Of a stretch of DNA of 64,000 nucleotides, positions 38,582 to 53,079 are shown one piece after another (the first letter of the stretch is position 1; each line of letters opens with the position of its first letter). The DNA comes from Octopus vulgaris (lineage: Eukaryota), in assembly GCA_951406725.2 (NCBI GenBank), contig OX597815.1:158162001-158226000 (forward strand). The letters are read 5' to 3'. Under the pieces are notes generated by a model. It was given only the letters and a program-made list of their open reading frames with translations, was not told the origin of the DNA and did no database searches. Made by a program: the position numbers and the translations under genes.

Positions 38582-40030
38582 CAAGAATCCCTTACCTTAC
38601 AGGAATTATGCATTCCTGAAAAACTTGATGTAATGTGAAATCTGGTAATGCAAAATAAATTTTCCCATTGACTTTCATGTTATTAAGAGACAGATTTTTT
38701 TTTGAAACAACAACAAAAAGAAACCAGTTTTATGTAGAAAATTATCCATTTCTCAACACTAACAATTTGATATGTATACAGAAAAATATCTGAAGAGAAA
38801 TAAGTGAGGGAATAAATAAGAATCCTAATATTATAACAAAGTACATTATTATCACAAAAGATGTTGACTGCTGTGTGATGGCTGGTGGTGCTGGAATGAT
38901 AGAAATTGGTAGGATGGGGGTAAATATCTTCAGTCTTACAAGTTCGTCAACATCAATATCTACTTGAGAGGCAAGAAAGACTTCTTCAAAATTGTTTGAT
39001 GTTTATGACATCTCATCTCTCTTTTACAGCTCAGTGTAGGAACTCTTGTATATTTTACATTCATAATTAGGAACATTAGCAAAAACTAGTAATATATTTT
39101 TCCAAACACCATTCAAAGTTGTGTGCTTTACTACATACCATGCATGACTCAACTATGTTATCTACAGCATTCAGTATGTTATCAAGGAGGCTCTAACTGT
39201 AGAATTATCTTTCTTGCCAATTGCTTTCATAAGTTGTTTGAGAGTTCTCAGATAATATGGCTTGAAGTTTAGTATATATACAACCTAATCCACTGGTTGG
39301 AGCAAAGGAGTTGTAGTGTTGGGGGTATATTCTATTCTCTCATAATCAGAAAGCACATTCAAGTACACTAGGTCGCTTGGTGCATTGTCTGAAAGAAGCA
39401 ATACTTTGTAGAAAATATATCTCGACAAAAAATATTTGTAAACCACTCTTTGAAAAGGTTTTTTGTCATCCATACACTCTCATTTGAAAGCCAAATCAGA
39501 GTCAAATTAAACTTTGTGTAACTTTGTAAAGTCTTGAATTATCAGTGATACACACTAGTTGGGTCTTTAATTTCATATCATCTGTAAAATTTTCTCCCAG
39601 AAGAAGCAACAAATGATTTTTGGAACCTTTAAATCATTCTGTTGAATTTTCTTCTTGAGAAAGTCTTAGTAGGTATGTACTTCCAAATAAGGACAGTTTT
39701 ATGAACATTGAATGTTTACTCTGGTGTGTAGTCCCCTTCAGCAATTATTTTTTTCCAGCTGCTCAGAATAATTTAGTAGCAGCCTCTATTAGCAATGACA
39801 GCTTCACCAGTCATTTTTGTGTTGTGCAAATTCAAGGTTCTTAAACCTTTCAAACCAGCACTTACTAGCTAGAAAAAGTTTTTCATTAGAAGTTTCACTT
39901 TCTTTTTCTGCAAGTTATGATAAATTTTTTTAAACAAACTACCATTGTGCTTGATGACACAATGCATTGAATCTGATCCTTGATCTATACACCCAAGACC
40001 TGTCCCATTTTAAGCATCACATAAGATCTC
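38582..40030 (-). mobile_element. pogo/Tigger-like transposon, decayed
   Basis: FLASSAGLKG (ASxGW-like), IIAEGDYTPE.TFNV, KVLLLSDNAPS, PNTTTPLLQPVD; Tigger-like end near 38582. Confidence 0.85.
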
Positions 40031-40115
40031 TGGGAAAATAAGGCCAGAGCAGTTAACAGAATGATTTATTGATCACTTGCTTAATATCCAGTGAGATGAA
40101 TGGTGACCTAGATAG

Positions 40116-40152
<37 letters not shown>

Positions 40153-43100
40153 AAAATAATAAATAAAAACACCCAGGACATGCTGTAAAGTGGTTGGTTA
40201 AGAAGAGAATCCAGTCATAGAAACTATACCAAAGTGGACATTGGATCACAATGTACTTCTCAGACTCACTGTATCTTGTCAAACCACTTAAGTCATTCCA
40301 GTATGGAAAATGGATACTTGATGATGATAATGATGATGATGAGGAAGATGATAAAACATAAACCCTCTATAAAATGATACCATTTTAGAAATATTTTCAG
40401 TGAGAAAAAAAAAATCATGAACCTCAATTTCAGTAAAACTGTCCTCTATCTTCACATATAATTAACTATAGATTATACAAAATTAGTCCTATAGGTAATG
40501 TAGTGTAATGCAGAGATGAAATCCATCTTAAAGACAACCAAAGAGGTTTTATTATTCAGTGGTTGAGTTTAATGATAATTCACTTCAAACAGGACTGTAC
40601 CATTGAAAAATTTTATAAAGTATTATGTGTAAATTTATATTTTAGAACACTAATAGATAATACTTATATAACTTCAATAGTAACCAAGGGCATAATTAGG
40701 CTTCTCTTTAATGGAAATTCATAGAATTTTAAAAACATTATTATATTTAACTGGATAATGTACATACTAAATTAACAATGAACTTTGGTAGTTCTAATAA
40801 TTCATTTGATAAATTTCTTTTATTTGAAATGAAATAAACTTTGTTATTTATCACCACATATCTAAATATTTCTCATGAGTGTGAAAGTATAGTTTACAAA
40901 TAGAACCTCCATATGTACTTAATCTAGCGAATGTTTTTTCAAAGAATTACCATTTATCTAATAGGCAAAGTACAGTTGGATTTAAAAGCAATTTATAAGA
41001 GATGGTTGAGTGATTTCTGAATGTGTTTAAATTAGAAGCTTAAGTACTAAGCAAATTTAATCTAAAAATATTTCGAATTGAAAATGAGAATATTTTTTAA
41101 ATGTTTATACAGGAAACTTTTTATGCTAATTCTAAAGAGTTTATTTATCAATTTACATGTTTATTGAACTTCACATTTTGTTGATAATATTTCTTTTATT
41201 AAACATGTTATATTTAATTTTTGGTTTTAAGAGTGGTTCAGTGTAAAATAAGCTACATTTATTCTTATACATTTATTCACAACCACATCCACAGTGCAAC
41301 ATTGTTACTTTTCCCCAACAGGCCCTACTCTATTTAATATTATTCCAAACCAAATCAAAGAAGAAAAGGATCCTATAACCTTCAAATAATATCTGGATAA
41401 ATCATTCACACCTGGATACATCTCAGTCAATAACTTCCTCCCAACATATCAAAGATCATGTGTGTGTGTGTGTGTGCACACACACGCATGCATGTATATT
41501 TAAATTTACTTAGAAATTAGAAATGGTAACAATGTTGGGTGTCAGCAGTATAAAAGAATCTAACTGTACAAATATTTTAAATACTTGCTTTGTTGACAAT
41601 ATGCGGATACTGAAATTTGCAAAAATATTGTTAGTAGCAAAAATTGAGTGGAAAACATGAATTTAAAGGATATATCCCTACATTTTCTGTAGAAATTATG
41701 ATTACCTATAAAGAAATAGACATGGAATACTTAATATAATTTCTAACAGTACAGGTGGAGATTTATGGCAAATATATTTCTTTGCTGTTTAGAATATAGA
41801 CCAGAGTAGAATTTGATGGCTATCTGAAGTTAATCATTTGAAATAGTTAAATAATTTTCAGCATCTATAGAATTCTGTTATGAGATATTTATGAGAGAAC
41901 ACAACTATTACATTGTAGTATAACCAGTGAATTAATGTACTTTATATGAAATGAAGTATTTCAATAATATGCACACAAAAGAAAAATATCATGCAGCTGC
42001 TGTAAATATATACTTTTGCAATTATATACTTTTGCAATAAAGATGTACAAAGTAAGTTGTAAAAACTTTACTTCTAAACCTGAAATGATAAATAAATAAT
42101 ATCACCACATACCTGTAAATTACAGCAATCAAGGTACTCCATGTAATCAATAATTTAGACATTACCTTTGTCATGTTGAAAGAAGAATATAGAGAAAAAC
42201 AGAAGTAATTGAAATTGAATGTCTCCCAAAACAATAGAGTTATGTATGAAACATTTAGGCTACAAAATGTATCCATAAATTCTATTGTAATAATCCAGTA
42301 TTGTATCGATTGGTAAATCCTTTGATATTTTTTCAAGTTTATATCAGATAAACAGAATATATTAAAATTGCATCAAAACTAAGAAATAATTTCTTAGAAT
42401 TATTCCAGTTTCAATTAGTTGGTACTCCTAGACATCTTTGTAAACATCCTGAATTCTGATAATCCAATATTCAATTTAAGTTTAATATGAATTGTGATGA
42501 TATTCCAAACATGAAAATGCATTAAAAACAGTCCATTGAGTACTCCAGTATCAAATTTCATTCATCTGTAAATCCAATTTATTCCAGTTCCATTAGTTCA
42601 AAAATAACATACTCTTCTTTATACTGTCAGCTTTGTAATATACAGAATGGGAAGAATCAAAGGCTCTTGATACAACCAAAAAAAAACTTCATTGCCTCAA
42701 CAAATTGAAAGTGATATGTACTAAAAACAAAGCATGCTAACAAAGTATTTTCTAAATTTTCAGTTAATGCTTTTCATTTGAGAGAAAAGCTTTTCTAACA
42801 ACAAAAGGTACCAATTTTAAATAATTGTTTAAAATTAATTGTAATAGAATATTTTGTAGATTTCAATAAACTTTACTTTTGATTATCGATTGAAAAATAA
42901 TAAGGTAAATGATAATTATAAGGTTTAATTTAACTGACAGGGAATATTTGTAGAAAGATAAATCTTGAGAAATTGAATGTTAACTGATATTTTTTTTATT
43001 TTCAGGACCTTATATCAACGATATCAACTTAGCAAAAGGAATGAAATAATTATAATCAATGTTTTTACAGGTATCATATTTTTGCCCTAAGTGACAAAAT

Positions 43101-43744
43101 TTGTAGATCACTTGAGATTAAAACTTAACAAAATTACATTTTGATTAATGAAAATCAAAATGCATATCAATAATTTACAAATAGTAAGCATTCCATTATA
43201 AAAGTTTTTGACACTAATCTTTTATAACATTAAAATTCAAAGTCTGTTGCTTGTGTTTTCCATGGTTTTAACAAAATCATTTTGAATAATACACTCTTAA
43301 ACATACAGTTTTACCTAAAATAAGTTCTAGTACATTTCTGGTCCTTGTGACCCTCACAATAATTTTGTTTCTTACAATATCAACACAGAAAAAGTGATTT
43401 TGATCCATTTATGTATGATGACAACACACATTCATCAACAATATAATAAGAAAGGGAGAAACCATGTCATTTGAATCTGCATTCTGTCTTTGAGAGGAAG
43501 AGAAATAGGTAGATAGATAAATAGATATATTTTCCTTTTTCCTCACTTCTGAAAATTTTCAACATAGAAGAGTGATTTACAGCTATTTATGAAAAGAAGA
43601 CATTCATGTATGACTTCACCCCACTCCATACCCACATACTCATTTACTCACCAATAAGCACACATGCATATATCAGTAGAGAAAGAGAGGTAGATAGACA
43701 TATATTTGCTTTTTTTCTTCAACAAAAACTTTCACACAAACACA

Positions 43745-44040
43745 AATGAGGCCGTTCCAGTGCCGCTGGACTGGCTCCTGTACAGGTGGCATGTAAAAAA
43801 CACCATTTGAGCGTGGCTGTTACCAGTACCACCTGACTGGCCCTCGTGCCAGTGGCACATAAAAAGCACCCACTACACTCTCAGAGTGGTTGGCGTTAGG
43901 AAGGGCATCCAGCTGTAGAAACTCTGCCAGATCAAGATTGGAGCCTGGTGCAGCCATCTGGTTTGCCAGACCTCAGTCAAATCGTCCAAACCATCCTAGC
44001 ATGGAAAGCGGACGTTAAACGATGATGATGATGAGGATGA
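43745..44040 (+). mobile_element. RTE 3' UTR fragment or RTE-tailed SINE; older relatives at ~40175-40345, 51765-51965 and 62770-63070(-)
   Basis: GAGTGGTTGGCGTTAGGAAGGGCATCCAGCTGTAGAAAC...GCATGGAAAGCGGACGTTAAACGATGATG. Confidence 0.87.
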
Positions 44041-46453
44041 ATTTCATTTTTACCTATTGATCATAATCACTTATTTTAAAATAAGAGATGGTGTTTCTTT
44101 GTTTCCATGGCCCCATGAAAGTGAAAGTATTTACTTACTCAAAAATAGATGTTCACCAGCTCAAAAAGAGAAAGGGTAAAGCTTTGCCGAAGAAATGTTT
44201 CTATGCACTGTTAATTTAATGTTCACTATGCTTGATGATTTGCACTTGAGATAGTTTTCCTTAATAAACTGTGTTTGCAATGACAATTTCTTGTGATAAA
44301 AGCTCTTTTGGTTCATCTTCACAAGTGAACATGCATGATGCAGGACTTCACTAAACTTTACATTCTCACCACAACTTGTACAACTTATAAAACTTGCAAG
44401 ATCATGGGAGTGGATGCAGTCATTGATTCTGCTGTGGAAGTCTTCTCTACTCTTGTAGACATCTGGAGACATTTTGACTCGTATGCTTATTATCATTGAT
44501 AGGAAGCAGGGTTGTGTATAGTTGCTGGAGATATTGACCTCACAAACTAGCTGGGTCCAGCAACAAGAATCTTAAGTAGGTGTGTGATTCTTCTTTAGTC
44601 TATGTATTACTAGTGTCCTGGAAACTATTTGCAATCTATTTTCATGGATGTAGTATATTGCACCACATTCCCATAAGTGCATTTTAACATGTTCCCATGG
44701 TGTTTCTTCTCTATGTTGAAACGAGATTGCATTTTTCTGATATAGTTCAGTAGACTGCATTCCAACATTCTGCTGGATTTTTCTGTAAGTCATCTTAATT
44801 CCTAATTCTTACCGTGCTGTGTGTTGTTTTAGTTTTTGTCAACTCTGTGATGTCTGTCATGACTTGGTGGGTTTTCATTTTACACATGACATATAAACAT
44901 ATTGTGATCACTATTTTGCTTCAACCAACCCTGCCTTATGTAACAATATCCAAAATCAAATCAATGAAGTAAAAACCTCCACAAACTTCAAACAGTATCT
45001 GGACAAATTCCTCCAAAGAAAACCAAATAAAGCACCTATGCCTGAGTATGCATGCTTCAGTCAACAACAACTCCCTACTTGAGGGGGCTCTGGTGACAAA
45101 ATATAACCATGGAAAATAAAAAGATAATTTTGACTGCTAAACAGAGATTGTTTTCTACATTGGTTGGAAAGAAACCAGGAGATAAACTGCTCAGATTCAC
45201 ACACATCTAGCTTTCTAAAAATGCTGTGTCACCCAAACAGATTACGTAACTAGCTTGGCAATACGTAGATTTGTCACATACACATATGAATTAAAGGCCA
45301 TCTCAAATTACAAATGGATTTGTCATTCATGCAGACACCATTAATCTGTCACATATAAACATGCATACATCTTTACTACACATAAGCATGAAATATTTAT
45401 GTTAAAAATATATGAGCTTTCTTCATTACTGTAATTCATTGAACATTTACTCTAGATTCATCATATTCCAGTTACTTCATTATCAAAAATAAAATATCTA
45501 AAACTACAAGAATATATTTTGTTTTCTCCATGAACTAACAACCATTATCTTACATGTTTATTACTAAATACTGGCAGAAAACCCACCCTCCAGGTGGTTT
45601 TCTGTTAGTCACTAAATATTTACACATTTAATTACCTGTTTGATTCATTTTTCTAATATGTCACATATTATTTTCCTATGTATCTTCCAGTCATCTAACA
45701 ACAGTCATTAAATCAGTAAATATTTCTTTCATTATTTTATCAGTCTTAATCTCTTGCTTAGGAAAAAACTCAAAGGTAGCCCATCCTCTATATAACCTCT
45801 GTGTGGTAGAAATAGCAGGGATTACATGAGTATATTCAAAGGCCCATAGCATACCCAAGATCCATATCAACAAATTCACCTCTGATATTTTTTTAAAAAT
45901 TATGCCCATATCTCTAGAAAATTTCATTCCATTTAAAAAAAATATTGTTTTAACAAATTTCAGAAAGGCAGTTTTCTGCTAGTTGCTAAATAATATTTAC
46001 ACTTACAATTTCCTGTTTGTGTAATTTTTCTGGTATGTTATGGTTAATTTCCCTTTGTATCCTAAATTCATCTGATAACACTCATTCAGTAGCCACATAA
46101 ATGTCCTCAATTTATCATGTATATATATATATCAGAAGATTTTTTTAAACTTTGCATGATAGAGAATTGGAATGCACACATGGTATGTACAGGAAAAAAT
46201 CATATTGAGAAACTTAATGTAGGTTGAAATACATATGATTGTATAATATATTATTTGTTCTGCATTACTTTTCCATTGACATATATATTTATAATCTATA
46301 TAAACACACAGTTTATGTACAGAGATAGGAAATGATATTTTTTGTATTCCCATTCATATGAACTATGATAACATGAACAGTGATTTCAGCAAAGGAATTA
46401 ACTATCAGAAGTATATAACAGGTTACATGCTATACTCAAGTGAGTGAGTGAGT

Positions 46454-46554
<101 letters not shown>

Positions 46555-49500
46555 TTTCCTCTCTCTCTCTCTCTCTAACACATACACACAATTAGTTCTT
46601 TATACTTGAAATTTTCAATAATAAAAGATATTCAACAACCACATTTTGATAAAAATATATTAAAATTACAATTTTTAGTAATTTTCCAGATAGTGTAGAA
46701 TTTGATAACAGCTTCCTTCTAGTAAAAGTTACATACTCCAATTTTATAGATAAGCAGCTTTCTTTACTATAGTATGGATGTATATATACAGTATTTACAC
46801 ATTATTTAAAGAATGATGTAAATATTAATGAAAAGCTGCTGCTCTTTAAATGAAGTTCACTGAGTTGTGGATACTCCCCAGTTGTTAAGTGAAATGCAGT
46901 GAACAAGTAAGTGATCCATTGGAAATGAAATCTGTAACCAATGGCTGCTATTCTTCACAAATTGTAATATAAAATCAAAGGCATATAAATCATGAGCTTT
47001 ATGCACATACATAAATACATACATTCATTTTGATAATTCTGACATCCATTTTTCCATGCTAGCTTTGTTCAGACAAATATGTAACATACAACCTTCCATC
47101 CCCTCACGTGAATAACCATAGCCATATGGTTAAGAAGTAGGCATCACACCCAAATGGTTCTGAATTTGAGCCCATTTCGCTACAGCTTAAGCAAGTGTAG
47201 TGTAGTTATGTGAATAGAATTTAGTAGATGAAAATGTGTGAGTATAAACACACACACACACATACATGTGTGTGTGTATCTGAGAATAACTGTGTAAAGT
47301 GGTGCATTGGGTAATGTCCCTTCACATCTAAAGGCAACTTGGTAAATAAATTTTGATAGTACCATACCGAAATTGATATGATTTACTAAAACCTTTGAAA
47401 GCAATTCCCTTGGTAAGGCTGTGTTTCAATGACTGAAGTGAATAAAAGAATTTTAGATAACAAATTTTTACTTTCTTATTCTTTAGTTACAGTTCTGTTA
47501 GGTCTGAAATAGTTTGTATTCATGTACTTTATCCAATACAACACAATAAATGTAAGTATTTGAATAGATGACTTAAGAGCCATCATGACCATACTTGCTT
47601 CAATAACAAAACTATTAAAGAACAACAATAATACTTCTACATCTAAAGAGCAAGAACAAAACACCTGAAATTAAAATCTTTATGATTTTAAATGCAGTAA
47701 TATCTCTTAAATAATCTATTTAAAATATCCAGAGAGATAGTTAAGTGAATTTAAATTTTTACATATTGTGATTCTACTTTTTTCAACATCATCAATTTTT
47801 AAGTAAATGTGTGTGTGTTTGTGTGTGTGTGTGTTTGTGCTTGTGCGCACACACACATAATGGGAAATACACAAATTGTAGGAAATAAATTACTAGATAT
47901 GTTAATGACTGATGGAAACAATTATCTTTCATATCAAATCACATTTGTATATGATTTATATTTATAGGCTTAATGGTAGAAGTAAAAGTATTTCCTAAAT
48001 ATCTACTTTATTGTAATTAAAATGAAAGTGTTTTGCATCATTTTTGTAAAATGTAGCATTATATAGGTTTGTTTTAAATCTTTGTACAAAAAAAGTATTC
48101 GTATTTCTATTCCAGCATTTTAAAATTATTTTAAAACAAAGTCATTTGTTGCTATTTGACTACTCAAATTACAACTATTTTCTTACAGAAAATTGAAGTG
48201 TGATACTATGTTGTGAGTATATTTTGAAAATATTTGCTGAATTTTAATGTTTATAAGGACAATGAAGCAAAATCTGTAATTGGTATTTAGAATCTTAACT
48301 TTTGTTAATTATATATTTCATACAGAAGTTATACATTGTATGTTTCTGATAGAGCTTAGCTGTCTTGGTCATTATCATAATTTTAACTTCAAATTTTCCA
48401 TGATTGCATGGGTCAGAATAAAGTATAGTGGAGCAGAATTTTCTATAGGTGCATGGCCATTGGGTCACCAACCTCACTTGTCTTCATATGAGGTAATAAT
48501 CTCTCAGTCTATGAAATAAACAGTTTGGACTTGTTTATGTGGGGAACTAGAAATAAAGCCATAACATGGACAAGACTGCTCCTTACAAAGATGACCCAAC
48601 ATGCTAAGACATGTCAAAAAGCTCGGACATGCTTTTGTGCTGGACTGAAAGCATACACCATCATTAAAGTCATTGTTTATAATCAGCATGTGGAGGAAAG
48701 GGAAACATGAGCTCACTCACACAAGCACACACACACACAATAAGCTCCTTACAGTTACATCTACCAAACCCACTCACAAGACAATGCCCAGTGCAGGGCT
48801 ATTACAGAAAAGACTTGCCCAAACTTGATATCACATGATTGGAAAGTGAACTTGTTCCCAAAACAAACATGACTGTGCCAATACATATACACAGGCATGA
48901 TTGTATGGTTAAGAACTTTGTTTCCCAAAATCATAGTTTCAGATTCAGTCAAAAAGTGTAGGACCTGGGGTAAGTAATTTCCACTAGAGACCAGGACCAA
49001 CCAAAGCCTTTATAGTAGAATAGGTAGACTGAATCTGGAAGAAGATTGATACGATATATACATGAATTTGGAGGGATATATTACCTGGGCAGATACCAAG
49101 GTGGCTCTCAGTTAAGGTCCAGTTTACAGCTAACCATATCAATCAGTATTTAACATCTATGACTACTATTAGTTGTCAATAACTCTGTGAATTCTTCCAA
49201 TGGCTAATTCTGTGTTTACTTCACTGGATGGTAATATCATCAGGAGTATATATTAGTAATAATTATAAAGAATATGGAGACGTGTTCATACCCTAAATTT
49301 ATCTTCTCTTATTTTAGAATGAATACAGCATATTATGACCTACATGCGTTTCCACTGCACAGACTACTGGCAGTTGCAGATGCAACATATGTGTAGGTCA
49401 TGATAATATGCTGTATAAAATTGTAAAATAAGATCATGAACTTGAAGAGAAGATAGAATAAAGAGAAAAAAATGACCTCACTCCAAGGAACACTAGAAAA

Positions 49501-52227
49501 CCTAACCAAACAAAATGACCAAGTCAAGGAGAAAGTTGTACATGCATAGTGGAAGTGGAAATGATAAAACAGACCACAGAGGGAATTAACCACACCAAAA
49601 ACTGGGCATAGACTAATGACAAATTTATAACATTTCACACTGTCTGTACTACTATGCAATCCAGTAGGAAGAAATCTATTTCTACACAAAAGAGAAAACA
49701 TCAGCTAACAAATTACAGAATCAAAACTGAAGGATTAGCCACATCATTATCAACTGTGATAGAATATTCCCTACATATTAAGCTTTCCATAAAGCAGTAT
49801 AGTAACAAGCAAATCAATCTGGAAGAGAGAAAGTGGGGAAAAATAACAGCAAATACAAGATGAATATATTGAGACTGAGGGATTAAAATAACTAATGAAA
49901 CCTAAGAATATAAATAGTAACTAAATTAAAACATAACTGACCAGATATTGTTGCTTGGAATAAAATAAAAAAAACATGCCCTCTTGTAGAATTCAGTATG
50001 TAGTAAACAGTATGCAAAATACAAGAGATGAAGGACATCTATGAAACAGTGAAGAGGATTCTGCAAATCCAGTACTCAAAATACACACTGCTTTGAGAGA
50101 CGTTCATGATATCTGGGGCAATACAAATTTGAAAGACCTTCTTAAAAACAGAAATGGTTGTGCATCTTTCTTTGATTGCATTTCTTTTACAATCTTGCCG
50201 GCAAGTAGGTGACTTCTTATAAACTTTAAAATGCTAATCAGTAAAGAAACAATTAATGAATGAAGTATGCACAGACATATTTTCTCCTTCAGCTGTTTAT
50301 TGAAATGATATAACAGCAGTCACTCCTTTAATGTTGAGATCTTTAATGGTTAGACAGACCTGTTCTGGACCCACAAGCTGTAACAATGATGGTTGCATCT
50401 CACCTAGTGTCTTCTCCAGTTTTCTGGTTATTCTTTCAATATCCAACATGTGAAGACCTTCTCCACACAAATGGTATAGTCAGCAATAAAATCCTCCAAA
50501 TTTGATCTATCACTTCTCCAAAGTGATTTTCATCTGATCCTCAACTGTGGTAGCTGGCCATACACTACTCTACAAGGTAACCGAATGTTAGGATCCTAAT
50601 GTGTGTTCGAACCACTGCAAATGAAATCCAATACTTATGCAGTTTGTCACTGTAAGTATTTGAATGTGAAGTACCTGCTCATGCTGGGTAATTTCCAGGA
50701 TGTACGGGAGGCAGCTAATGTGTAAGTATATCATGCTATGACTATGGAAGTCAAGTTTTGCGGCTACAGAGGAAGGCTGTCAAACAGATCACTTGGAATA
50801 TGGCAAACTCTATGGAGGAATGAAAACTCTTATTCTGAAAGACTTTGCATCAAAGTCCTCAAAGAGAAACTGATGCTTATTTAATGCAGCCCTGGATATT
50901 GTTGTCAACACAGCCATCCTCAGAAAGAATGCTCTCCAGATATTTAAAAGATAGTATTACAGACAGCTATTTATTGCCACACTTGTTTTGATGGTGTTGG
51001 CACTCCTATTGCAGCTGAATGCTCTCTAATATTAATGGGTTTCCATGTAACCTGAAATCCATTCTACCCCATTGCTCTCTTCAATCTTGCAGTAGATATA
51101 ACACGCAAAAACTATGTTAAAGGGACCAGTACTAGTTCATGCTCTTATATTGCCCCTGTGCACCAGAATCATGTTTAAGCAGGGTGTTAAAATGTACAGC
51201 CTACCTCTACATGCATTCATTCATGACTACTTTGTTGGTGTTGTCTAAGATCCAATGAAAGAGTGTTGTTTTGGGATTGAAGACTAGGCCTTTCTCTGAA
51301 TTTAATTTAAAAACAGAACAAATGTACATACATTCATCAGTATCTGAATGCAAATTTCCTTAAAAAGATTATTTAAATATTAACTTTTAAAAAACTATTT
51401 AGGGGTACTACATTAAGTCGACATTCTCTGAGGAGCACTTAGCCTGGCAGGCAGTGTCTCATTTGAATACTAACTTTGTAACATGAAACCAGCTAAGTTA
51501 ATTCTTTTTTTTTTCTAAATAAAATCAACAATTTCTTTTTCTTATTCTATGTATTACTAATCTCAGAGGGATTTGAAGAGACTTATTGTCATCAGACAAT
51601 ATAGTTTGAATATATTAATGGGTGGCACAATGGCATTCACATTTTAAGATTTTCCATCATTTTAAGATTTTCCATCATTACACAAACAAATAAAAAAAAG
51701 TACAAGTATTCTATATGTATATGGGTGTGTGTGAAAGAGAGAAAATGTGTGTGTGTAAATATATACAAGGTGCCACATAAGAGCTGGTGCCATGTAAAAA
51801 GCATCCAGTACACTTTGTAAAGTGGTTGGTGTTAGGAAGGATATCTAGCTGTAGAAACCAAGTGAAAATAGACTATGGAACCAGGTGTGGTCCCTGGCCT
51901 TGACAGTTTCTGTCAAGCCAGCATGGAAAACAGGTGTTAAATGATGATGATGATGATGATGATGATACACATATATGAACATGCATGTGCATTATTAATA
52001 AAAAAAATTCATAAATATACTGAAGACTTTAAGAATTGTAGAAATTGTGAGATGAACAGAAATTCAGAGATGACTGTTCGAACAGATTTGTATACACATA
52101 TACAGAATGAAATATTGTGAATGCTGAAAAAAAAAAACTTTTCTAATGTAAGCTCCTCATAAATTACTGCAAAAAGAAAACATTTTGATTAATTATCTCT
52201 TCTTTCACACAAATGAATTTGTCATAC

Positions 52228-52297
52228 CTGGTGGGCAGTCACAGACCGTTTGTCTGCGGAATCTTATAGGTTCATAGATAATATCTTCTTTTTTAAT
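52228..52297 (-). CDS. Internal coding exon (70 nt, phase 0 to 1) of a probable transmembrane collagen (MACIT; COL13/23/25-like): furin site plus CxCPPG
   Basis: Acceptor TTTTTTTTTATATATAATTTCAG, donor CAG|GTATGA. Translation IKKEDIIYEPIRFRRQTVCDCPP(G). No flanking exons were found in the window. Confidence 0.7.
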
Positions 52298-52834
52298 CTG
52301 AAATTATATATAAAAAAAAAGAATGAGCCATAGAAAGATAATAGTAATGATTTAATGTGGTAAGTATTAGTTGCTTTATTTAATACATTAAACTAATGGT
52401 TTCTTTTGGATAAGCATTAGATGTCTTTGTTTTTTTAATGGCTTACTGAATAGATTTTTTAATGTTTTTGTGGTATTATTTTATCAAACCTAAAGAGAAA
52501 TATAATGGTAGCCAAGTAGATTGTGACATATAAAAATTCAAAACAGTGAGGCACCAAACTAGAAGCCTTTGCTAATCTACATAGTTTCTCAACTTTGACA
52601 CTCCAAACAACAATAACAACTGAAAATAAAATGTAATAACTAAGACTATTAATAATTGTTTCGAAGGGATTGAAGATGTGGCTGATTTCAACAGAATTTG
52701 AATCCAGAATGTAAAGAGCTGGAGAAAAATACTGCAAATCTATTTTTCTCATGCTTTAAACATTCTGCCAGCTCACCAAAATAACATATTCATGCTATGA
52801 AACTCATCTAGTTCATGTCCACAAAAGATTTTTG

Positions 52835-52945
52835 AAGCTATGGACACATAAGAGGTGCAGCAACATCAAAGGAAGATTAACTGGGAAGATGGCTTTCATG
52901 TGCAGCAAATGCACAGGGGCAATAAACACCACAGATGCTCAGAAT
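52835..52945 (+). mobile_element. Isolated internal RTE fragment (PHD-like region)
   Basis: AAGCTATGGACACATAAGAGGTGCAGCAACATCAAAGGAAG encodes [14 protein letters not shown], as at ~23480. Confidence 0.85.
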
Positions 52946-53079
52946 AAATAAATAAACATCCGTGCTTTAAATGAGTAAGTTCAGAATGCAAATTTTCTGT
53001 AATAAATCTCATTTAGATTTCAGTTTGTCTATGTAATATCACTCAAGCTGATAATTGTCATTATAATAGTAGTAAGTAA

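Noticed and set aside
44161-44793. Two minus-strand ORFs (111 and 73 aa) in more complex sequence
   Set aside because: No recognisable motif or consistent splice-bounded frame; possibly a very old TE remnant.
47476-47664. Possible next exon after 52228 (acceptor TTTTAATTTCAG)
   Set aside because: In the required phase it reads GVLFLLFRCRSIIVVL-stop with no Gly-X-Y; unsupported without RNA data.
49060-51240. Possible very old LINE remnants
   Set aside because: Only faint motif echoes (YYLG, FIADY); family, strand and limits could not be supported.
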